From a virus (lineage: Duplodnaviria; Caudoviricetes), in IMG/VR virus record IMGVR_UViG_3300032227_000508, positions 926 to 64,925 of that record: a stretch of DNA of 64,000 nucleotides. One strand, written 5' to 3'. The stretch's first letter is position 1. Each line of letters starts with the position of its first letter. Shown here in pieces: positions 18,901 to 28,200 of this stretch. Below the pieces are notes generated by a model. The model ran no database searches, was not told where the DNA came from, and worked only from the letters and a program-made list of their open reading frames with translations. The position numbers and the translations under genes are program-made.

Positions 18901-19683
18901 CTTGGAATGCTTAATAAGCAATCTGTAATGAACTATAAAGGTAATATATGGTGGTGGGATGACTTTAATAAAAAGGTAGTTAAGTATACTCCTGATGGAT
19001 TAGAAATACCAAGTGATACATATATGAGGTCTCATTTTTTAGGTAAATCGGGAGTAGCTAATTTCTCATATGATCCGTTTTATAATATGTGTTTTGTTGC
19101 TATAGGTTCTGATACAACATCTGCAGGCTATTCAGATAATCTTAAACGATGGATTGCTGAATCATATAATTTAAAAAGTGATTTTGCTGAAAGTTACGGA
19201 GATAAGATAATTTTATTTAAAAGTGGTGTTATGTATAAGCCAATTGCTAATACAACTACAAACGATTACAATCACTTACTTGGCACAGAATATAATGGCT
19301 CAATTACATTTACTTTAAATAGTAGATTGCCTATAAATCCATTAAATGTATCTGTTACTCACGATATGAATGTAGTTGATTATAGCGTAACCTCTAATTA
19401 TGTTAAAGCTAATTTACTTACTATTGATATTACAAATGAAAATGGTCAAGCAACTAGCATAGTTGAATCAAACTTTTTAATGGAAGATAATCGCTTATAT
19501 GCTCATATTCTAAGAAATGCAAATAGCCAAAGAGGCGGGGTTGCAATGCCCAATGCTATCATAGAGGGGGACTATATTGTTGGCTATCTAAATAAATTTG
19601 TTGTAACTTTAAAAGATAAAAGCCAGAATATGAGAATTAACTCAATTGATGTTGAGATTGCTTCTGTAACTGGACACTCGTAA
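15997..19683 (+). CDS. Tail muzzle/stabilisation protein (crAss-like, P22 gp10-like role)
   Basis: N-terminal GGLNKDFDPNNLPEGDYSSASNI signature; 1228 aa; C-terminal propeller-like region (NFGNNLG...WWWDD). Confidence 0.75.
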   Translation: MAKVSLRASGGLNKDFDPNNLPEGDYSSASNIVFDFGKSGGAGAIRLLESIRTSGVSATNIKATTQDVDGTIYVLGDNGSTASIYKIPTTLDTKTTLVTYTHLVTTTFVPDLKIIGASIVWNYAEEGTVLICPTTDVIAGTRTILDLKLQKDTPNNVVSVVKTIGTGIDFLESNDFQFASRYQYKNKEYSVLGNYSQVFKGEKGTANYILSYAFGGTPYFATYLEVYVRIGNNGIWRRIDTQLISAYTGAFTWLGQTYESLDIVTTGNPYDAVPVNAKHIEIAKNRIFLANIKDDYDMSSANLDFTLSSASGYTLPSGGLYNSYISGSPLTTPTSSETGSDYVKPFANNSVYGVGIAFYDSALKTRGVEKFEKITTGKFAYPMIPTVTVTLNAGYVKPAWAKYAQLVYTKNTSKSYFFEGYASNIYFQLNQVETNLVTKETTDILVASQSVTVDQLKDIKYFVIDLMGMYRAGQIYTVEQGDRVLINTPNGLLDLRILGQENNLIYCEYSGIAMTNISLPNPLLLYFEIYSPKQVQEDESLVFYEYGNLTDISDWVFSTTKTFSGTGTLNGASAAKLLGDTVFTKIELPVYKTAPFLYNTQRTVPAAIGAGITENVSTIINADLGSLSSSTTGPGSPTDKTDTSVIVSIPSGTNGDSATIVDSSTAFKLAGFYDIGVQKAGINKLTITYNLTASQTLQLTTPTSLGSLSWGVTAQLYKTPYNNIKNEYDTASEKIGAKFDVFPRRDLTTEGTNVPELANPTQIIELNTDIKKPFEANDKFHLELTLSLDAQNEVTASQVSIAKNSTYGIVITLNGNRTTPKTITTYNNNATVETTNVKYLIRSISNATSNKFWNTSAGKPSIISTSSVSTRRTNTIRYGGNYVSGTNINNTCSFFALDSNDVAIENGEITSLQRASRLQGNGSMLLVLCQKESAYIMMGEQELSQGNNSSVYALTNNMIGTIRNFGNNLGMLNKQSVMNYKGNIWWWDDFNKKVVKYTPDGLEIPSDTYMRSHFLGKSGVANFSYDPFYNMCFVAIGSDTTSAGYSDNLKRWIAESYNLKSDFAESYGDKIILFKSGVMYKPIANTTTNDYNHLLGTEYNGSITFTLNSRLPINPLNVSVTHDMNVVDYSVTSNYVKANLLTIDITNENGQATSIVESNFLMEDNRLYAHILRNANSQRGGVAMPNAIIEGDYIVGYLNKFVVTLKDKSQNMRINSIDVEIASVTGHS

Positions 19684-19695
19684 AACTGATAATAT

Positions 19696-20547
19696 ATGGA
19701 TCCTTTTTCAATTGCTGGAGCTGTAGGTGGCATAGCTAGCGGAATAGTTGGTATGCTAGGAGCAAAAGATTCTATTAAAAGAGCTGAAGCTCAAAAGAAT
19801 CAAGTGTCAATGTTTAATCGTAATCAGCAAGCTGGTTGGGATCAGAAGATGGCAGAAATGATGGCTGCCCAAAAAGCTGCTCCAACATATCAAGCAGACT
19901 TTGCCCCATATCAAGCAATGGCTGATAAAGCTCGTATGAATGAAATTCAAGCATCGGGTCAGACTCGTGCTCCGGGCACTCAATTTGCTTTAGACCAAGC
20001 TGACCAAGGGTATGCTAATCTTGTACAAGCTACAGGTAAATTAGGTGGTTCTCGTGCAGATATGCTTACATCATTATTGATGGGACAACAAAATGTTGGT
20101 GCACAAAAAGGTCAAGCACTTGCTCAAGGACAACAAATGATATTTCAGAATCAGCAACAAGCAAGAATGGCTAATCTTAATGCATTAGGTCAGTTGGCTG
20201 CAGGTAAATCAATGGAAGGTTATAGGTCATTTGCTTCACAAGCCGCTAATCAGCAAGGGATGCTTGGTTTAATGGGGCAAGACTTATCGGGTAGAATGGC
20301 TTTAAATCAACAAGGATTTCAATCTGAAATGTCTGCTGAAAGTATTCTTAATCAAGCTAATCAATCATTATATAATTTTGGTGCACAAACACTTGGTACA
20401 ATTGGAGCTGGATTAAATCAAATTGGTATGCAAAAAATGAAGACATCTGATTTGCAAAAAATGATGGGAACTATTGGATCAGATGGCAAAAAACCAAGTT
20501 GGGCAGATTTACAAGGTGCTTCAATGGCAGGAAATGTTTTTGGATAA
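19696..20547 (+). CDS. Ejection/pilot protein candidate
   Basis: Hydrophobic Gly/Ala N-terminus and Gln/Ala-rich helical body; follows muzzle gene. Confidence 0.6.
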   Translation: MDPFSIAGAVGGIASGIVGMLGAKDSIKRAEAQKNQVSMFNRNQQAGWDQKMAEMMAAQKAAPTYQADFAPYQAMADKARMNEIQASGQTRAPGTQFALDQADQGYANLVQATGKLGGSRADMLTSLLMGQQNVGAQKGQALAQGQQMIFQNQQQARMANLNALGQLAAGKSMEGYRSFASQAANQQGMLGLMGQDLSGRMALNQQGFQSEMSAESILNQANQSLYNFGAQTLGTIGAGLNQIGMQKMKTSDLQKMMGTIGSDGKKPSWADLQGASMAGNVFG

Positions 20548-20570
20548 TAATATCATTAAAATAAAATAAA

Positions 20571-22196
20571 ATGGCAGAGTCTTATTTATTTAATCCGACT
20601 GAAGGTATTAACAAGGCTGCAAGTCAAGTGCAAGCTAGCCTTGGTAATATATTTTCGGGCATTATAGCTCAAAAACAGAACGATTATAATATAGCAGAAA
20701 AAACTTTTGAGAACATTAATGCTTTAACAGATAAGTTAGGCGAATATGGTCAACAAGAAATTACTTCTAAAACAACTTCATTGTTAGATGATGCCGCTAG
20801 AAGCATTATTAAAAACGGTAAATTAGATTACTCTGAAGTAGGAAGAATTCGTAACGGAGTAAGTACTATTAAGAATAGGAAGTCTGCTATTGAAGCGGGT
20901 ACTCAGATGTATAAAGAGATGGCTCAAACAGCTTTAGCCACTAAAGATGATTTACTTAATCTTGGTGTTACATTAGATGGAATGAGGAGGGTAATCTTAA
21001 ACCCAGAAAATCTTTCTGCCGAAGATATGGGAAGGCAAATGCAGTCTGTATATCAAAAAAATATTAATACAACCAAAGTAATGACAGATATACTTGGTCG
21101 TGTAGCTCCTAAATCAGAATATGCTCAAACATACATTGGGGCAGATAAAGGGCAATATGCTATTTCTGGAACTAAAGTATCTGGATGGGAATTAGATCCT
21201 GTAACAAAACAATGGAAAGCTCCAGCAAATGTCCCTATAAAAGACGCAAATGGTAATGTGGTATTAAATCCCGATGGAACTCCTAGGACTCAATCGTATT
21301 TAGAATCAATAACTAATGCGGTAAGACAACAAGGTGCTCCCGCAATTGCTGCTATTAGAGCACAAATGGGAGAGAATTCTGTATTTCAAACAGATGAACA
21401 AATTGTTGATTCATATTTAAAACAATACGTTCAAGGCAATAATACTGCTCAAAAAGATTTACAAGTTAAATCTGCAGATGAATTGCGTTATTCTACAAGT
21501 AGAGCTAATGTATCCGCAATAGAAGAAAAGAATTTACCTACTAAACAAGCCAATGAAAATCGACTTACAGAAGCCAATATTGGTTTAATTAATGAAAGAA
21601 CAAAAGGCGAAAGGCTTGCTAATGAACTTACAGCAGAAACAATTAGTAATACAGCTCCTTTAGAGAATATGGGAATTACCGTAAAAGATAATTCAAAAAA
21701 TGTAAACTTTGGGCAAGCTATTAAGGTAACATCTCTTATGTGGAACGGGAAAATGACTCCATTTGTTGCGACAGATGTAACTTATGACGCAAACACTAAA
21801 ATGCATTATATAAAAGGAAGACCTGCTCCAAAAGGATTTGAAGGTAAATACGAGGTAGATGACTCAAAAGAAGAGACAGTTATCCCTGTATCAACAAATT
21901 CTATTTCATATAAGAATCTTGTTTCAGCTATTAATGGACCAGCTTTATCAAGAGCAAAAGGTCAAAATGCAAAAGCAAGATGGAATCGATTTAATGCTGT
22001 TGAAATTGGGCAACCTTCCTCATCTGAGCAACCAGTTACTCCTAATCCTGCTCCTAAGCCTGCCCCCGCAGTAGATAAACAAACAGGATATAATGCGGAA
22101 ACAAAAACTTTATACATAAGACGTGGTTTTACAAAAGAATCAGAAGCGTTAATGATAAAAAAATACGGGGCAAAAGACCTTAAATATGTTGATTAA
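20571..22196 (+). CDS. Internal virion/ejection protein candidate
   Basis: 541 aa, helical; lies between pilot-like gene and giant protein. Confidence 0.55.
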   Translation: MAESYLFNPTEGINKAASQVQASLGNIFSGIIAQKQNDYNIAEKTFENINALTDKLGEYGQQEITSKTTSLLDDAARSIIKNGKLDYSEVGRIRNGVSTIKNRKSAIEAGTQMYKEMAQTALATKDDLLNLGVTLDGMRRVILNPENLSAEDMGRQMQSVYQKNINTTKVMTDILGRVAPKSEYAQTYIGADKGQYAISGTKVSGWELDPVTKQWKAPANVPIKDANGNVVLNPDGTPRTQSYLESITNAVRQQGAPAIAAIRAQMGENSVFQTDEQIVDSYLKQYVQGNNTAQKDLQVKSADELRYSTSRANVSAIEEKNLPTKQANENRLTEANIGLINERTKGERLANELTAETISNTAPLENMGITVKDNSKNVNFGQAIKVTSLMWNGKMTPFVATDVTYDANTKMHYIKGRPAPKGFEGKYEVDDSKEETVIPVSTNSISYKNLVSAINGPALSRAKGQNAKARWNRFNAVEIGQPSSSEQPVTPNPAPKPAPAVDKQTGYNAETKTLYIRRGFTKESEALMIKKYGAKDLKYVD

Positions 22197-22238
22197 TAAT
22201 AAGTGAATTTTAAATATTAATTTAAACTGACAAAATAG

Positions 22239-25200
22239 ATGTCTAAACAACGGCTTCAACCAATAGATTTTTCAAAATACGAGAAAGTTAGCGAACCTAC
22301 CCCTTCTGCTGATACTTCTTCTAATTTAATAAGTATTGACTTCTCAGAGTACGAAACTATTTCAAAAAAAAAAGACGTTACGGCATTATCTGGGCAGGAA
22401 GATTCTGGGGGTTTATTCTCTGATATTGCAGATTATTTTTCTAAAGCACAACCTATCCATTCAGGGTTAGGTACAGCTCCTTTTGCTCAAGAGTTAACTA
22501 GGAAATACGGGATTTATGATAGAGACCCCGATGAAATGACAGCCGAAGAAAAATTGGCTTATCAAAAAGGGTTAAAGCAACGTGCGGCAATTGACGATAT
22601 TGTTACATCAAATTTATTGTCATCAAACGCAACTACACGAGGATATTCTTTTATTGCAGATAAAACGGGGACGCTACCAATGGTGGAGTCTTTAATATCA
22701 GGAGGAATAGGAACAGTAGGAGCAACCGCTTTAAATATTCTTGGTGGTGCAGCAGATTTCATGCAAAATATTGGGTCTCGTGTAAAGGGTCTAATTAACA
22801 AAGAAGACCAAGGTAACGTAAAGGTAGCTTCGTCAGAAGGAGTAGCTGGTGCATTGTATGAACAAGCTCAAACTCTTCAAAATGTTAGTAACTCATTTAT
22901 GAGACAAGCTAAGACTGAATATGGAATTGCTAACGAAGACGTAGATAAAACATTTACTGAATTACTTCAAGAAGGAAAAGCAGGAGATGCATTTATTAAT
23001 CTTGGATTAAGCTCTCTTCAACAAATGCCTCAAATTGTAGCACTTGGTTTAACGGGAGGATCCGCTGGAGCAGTATTTACGGGAGCAGGATTAATGGGAG
23101 CGGGAGCTTCATTAGGAGAGGAATATGCTAAAGACGGAGAAATATCAGGAAAAGATGCTTTAGTATCAATAGGTAAAGGTATTGTTGAGGGATTAACAGA
23201 AACTATATTTAGAACAGATGTAAATGCATTTAATAGTTTAAGAAAAATAATTTCTACTGAAGGAAAAGAAGCGACAAAAGAAGCTCTTATTCGTGGATAT
23301 GGGGGAGTTGTTAAGAAAGCATTTGCTGGAGCTAATGAAGAAGGGGTAGAAGAAATAATTGCTAATCTTGGTAGTTTTGTAATAGACAGAGTTGCTGATA
23401 ATAAATTTAATCCCGCAGAGTATAATAAATTAATTCAAAGTTCTATAGATGCATTTGTCTTAGGAGCTGCTTCTGGTGGAGTAGTTAGTGGTATAGCAGC
23501 ACGGGCTTCACGGATAAAATTAACTCCTGAGCAAGAAAAATCTATTAAGCGTTACAAAGAAGTTGCAGATAATGAAAATTTTTCAAAAGAAATTCGTGAA
23601 TCAGCAGCTAATAAAATTAAGGATATTAGAGATTATAATGCTGGTGCAACATATGATAACTATCTGTTAATTTCTGATATTGAAAATGTAAATAAGCGGG
23701 CAGAAGTAATTAATACATTAAATGAAATTAGGTCAGAAGAAGATTCACAAAGAGAACTTCATGATGAAAGTTTGATTGCAGCTTCAAATGCTATTATTGA
23801 AGAAAAGAAAGCTAAGGTAGATGCTATAATGAAAGAGAATATTGATGCAATATACTCAAGAAGCTCTGCTGCGGTTAAAGAACAACAAAAACTATCAAGA
23901 GAGAAAGCTGCCAATTACTTGACAGAAAACAATTATTACCTTGGGTTTACAGAGAATAACTCAGACTTGCTTGACAGTATTCAAGCAGGGGAATTGGTTG
24001 ACATTAATGATGTAAACAAAGCGACATCTTCTTTATATGATTTAGAGGCAAGCGTTATTGCTGACGACCAATTAACTAATCAAGAAAGAAATTATGTATT
24101 GCAAGATGTGTACTCTAAATTAGATTCATTAGAGTCTTATGATAAGATTACAAAGAATGGCAAATTACTAACAGAAGCAGACACGACCACTAATCGTACT
24201 ACTAACTCAGAGTTAAGGGCTGAGAGGTCAAAGAAAGTGCGTAATAATAGATTTGAAGGCGAACTTTTTAAGTTTAAAACGGAAGATGGAAGAAATATTT
24301 CATTGAGGGCAAGCGTTGACGAAAATGGAGATGTTACTATGGCTCCTGTTCGTAAATCATTTACTTTTAAATCAGAAAGCGAAAACAAATCTAATGAACC
24401 ATTTAAAATCAAAGGGACATTAGAAGTTGGAGAAATTAAGCGTAATGAAGATGGTAAATTAATTTCAGCAACAATTACTGATACTAAAGGAAAGAAATCA
24501 TTTAATACTAATAACGATGAGCTTGTTTCTTACTTACAAGCGGTTCAAGCAAGACAATCTTTAGTTAAGGCATCTAATGAAGGGTATTCTGTTAGCGAAG
24601 ATATTGAATCTGTGCAAGGGAATGAAGTATTAGGGAAACTTACCCCTAATCAAAAATCTCGAATTGCTAATCAATATAAAGCATTAAAGAGCATTAGCCC
24701 AAATGCCCAAATCATATTGTATGATAGTGAAAAGAAAATGGCAAAGGGGCTTATTGCTCAAGGATTTAGTGCTAAAAGAGCAAAAGAGGTATCTAAAGGG
24801 GCAATGGGATTACAGCACAAAGGAGTTATTCATGTTAATATATCTGTAGCTGACGACGCAACTTTGGCTCATGAGATATTCCACGAAGCAGTTAGGTCAA
24901 TTGCAAAGACTGATCCAGCAGCATTCGTTGATATGGTAAAGAATTTAAAAGGAATGCTTTCTAAGGCTGAGCTTGATTACTTACAGAACTTTTCTAATTT
25001 ATATGAAAGTAAAGGAGAAAATTTAGTTGCTGAAGAATTCTTATCAGAATTACTTGGTGTGCTTACTGCTAAAAGATTATCATTTTCAAAATTAAATGAG
25101 GCGGGAGAAAGGATTGTTGTCGAAGTAGATTTTGCTTTAAATCGTTCAATTGGTCAGAAATTTATGTTAGGACTTCGTGAACTTATTAAAAAATATGCTG

Positions 25201-28200
25201 ACAAAATTGGAAACAAATTTTTAATTGAACTTGCGGATAAAGTTGGGGCAACTACTAACTCAACTGAAGAACTTGCTAAATTCTTTGAATCTTTTGCTAA
25301 ATCTTTAAGAGAAGGAACAGATGTAAATTTAAATTATCTAAATAAATTCACATCAGAAAGTGTTTCTGTTTCGGCAGATGAGATTAGTCAGAAAATTGAA
25401 TCAGATCAAACATATGATGAGGGTATTGCTATCCCATTCCCAACAAGCATTGATTATACTCCGTTAGATGAAATAAATCAAAAGCGGATAGGTGAATATG
25501 AATTTCCTAAGACTATTCCAATGCTTGAGACTGTGTCTCATCCTATTATGAATCTTAATGATGTTATTCAGAAATATGATGGCAGAGTTGTGATTATAAC
25601 AAGTGATGCTACAGGATACGGAGTTGACAGCAAAGGAGAGCCTATTTTTGGCGGGTTTGGATTCTCATTAAATGCTCAGAATGTACAAGATGGAATCGGA
25701 TTTGCAAGTTTGAATGTAAGTACAGTAAAAAGCACATACACATCAGCTTTCAATAGTTATGGACAAGGAAAGGTTGCAGTTTTGATTATGATTCAAAATC
25801 CATCTACCGCTATTAATAATGCTTATGGAGCAAAATATTTATTCAGAGGATTGTCTGAAATAGCGAATAGTAACGAAGAGGATTTGATTAAATCAAAAGA
25901 AGCTATTGCTAATTTCATTAATACAAGTACGTCTGTCAGTAAAGTGGCGAAGACTAAAACTGAGAGACAACAAATAATTAATGTATTCAATAAGGTTACT
26001 CCTAATATGACCGATAAGCAATTATCTGCTTTACAAGAAGAGTATATTGACAACACAACATTTGATTCAAGAAAAACAATCGGACTTGGTATTATTCCTA
26101 AAAATGCATCTACTAAAACCGATGTAGGGACAACATATAGTAAGATTGCCTTTAATAAAGTAGATTATAGTATTTATAATTTCTTAAAAGAATATGGAGA
26201 TAATACAATATTAACTGATGATTTAATTAACAACAATAAAGGAGGTTATGTTGTAGGAGGATTTGAATTGGATGTATTGCCAGAAGGAATAGAACGTGAC
26301 GACCAAATTGAAGCGTTGCAATCTAAAGGTATTGTTCACGATATGTTTAATGCTAAACTTGCTGGAACTAATCACTTTACCCTTGATGGGTTATATGGCG
26401 TAAATGAAAACTTTGCAAAATTTGCAGAGCCAGAATCAGAAATTGATCCTAATAAATTAACTGAAGATGAACGGGATCAAATGGTTAGAGATATCTATAC
26501 TGAAGATAGGTTCTATGAAAAAGAATCTCGTGATAAGTCATTTGAAACAAGAACATATTCTGATTTAAAAGGAACAGTTAAATCTAAATTCAAAGAGCAA
26601 TATCTTGCTCCTAAAGGGTTATTAAGACCTAAAGCTCCTAATGTAGCTACGAATGTTGCAAAAGGAATTGGTTTTACTCCAACTGAAGAAGCAAAGTCTG
26701 AGATAGCAAAAGCTAATTATAAGATGATGCCTGTTTCTGAGAAAGTAATTTCAAAAGAAATTGAGGAAGAAGTTACAGATGGTTCTGACAATAAAGTAGA
26801 ATTCATATCTCAAAAAAGAATTCTTTATCACGGATCCCCTTGGAGTTTTGAAAGATTCAATAATCAAAAAATTGGTACAGGAGAAGGTGCTCAAGCGTAT
26901 GGTTGGGGTATTTATTTAAGTGAAGACTTTGATGTTGCTAATGCATATGCTATGAGCAACCAAGGCAATAAAATGAATCAACAAGGATACCTTGACTTCT
27001 TGGGAGATGAACAAAAAGGGTCTAATGTATTACTGCCCGGAAAGAAAACTCCTCCTCCCAGTTTAAGAGTTCGTGCCTATAAATTATTACAAAATCCAAG
27101 TACAACCCTTGCTGATTGGAAAAAATTTCTTGAAGATAATAAAGGATTTCTTGGAACAAATATTTCAAGAGCTAATAGGAAGAAATTATATAATGCATTT
27201 GGGGAAAGAAATCATTATACAGCTCAAGTTACAGGGCAGAGCCTTAGCGATGGAATATGGTTTGATTGGCATAATGAAGGTAATGCAAATATGATGGCTG
27301 CAGCTACGGCTTATCGTGGTATTTTATCAATAGTTTCTTCTTTGGAACAAATGGAGAAAATGCAAGGATTAAATCAGTATCAAAAAGATACATTAGAAGT
27401 TGCTAAGAAAGTTGTAACTATGAGGCAATTTTCTGATAGGGACAAGGGAATGAATTTTTTCCTAAAACAAACTGGAGGGGAAATGTATACAAGGCTTGCT
27501 ACGTTTTTTGAATCTACAAAAACTGTTAAAGAAGGCAAAACTGCTGATCAAAGATATGCTACTTCACAACAAATGGCTTCTTGGTTATTACAGCAAGCAG
27601 GAGTAGATGGGATAAGAGTTCCTACATATTACGCTCAAGGAGGTCGTCAAGATGGCTTAATGAATTATGTTGTATTTGATGCTAATGCGATTAAGATTAC
27701 AAAACAACAAACTATTCGTGCAAAAATAGGAGCTGATAAAGCTGATTTAATAGATATTGATTTACTTCAGTCTGCCCGTGCATCTATGGAAGCTCGTAAA
27801 AACGATAGTTTCCTTAAATGGTTTAATAAAGATTTCCTTAATAGTGAATATTTAAGACTTTATAAACAATGGTTTGAGCGTAATGTGAATATTAGAAAAG
27901 AACTTGAAAAAGCTGAGATGGTATACGCTATGCAGATGATGTATAATAAAGCGGGGGCATCTCAATTTGCTCAACTTAAATTTGGGAAGTATCGTAAAGA
28001 AATATATGGCGGACTTGATAAATCGGGTGTTGCCATAGTAGATAGCGTTACCCAATTACGAAGAGTAATTGCAATTGATACCAACTTTGATAATCAACGT
28101 AATGCATTCTTGCAACAAGCAGATGATATCAAGCAACAGATTGAAGATGCAAATAATGTTATAACTAATCCTAAATCTACCCCAGAGCAAACAGGTATCG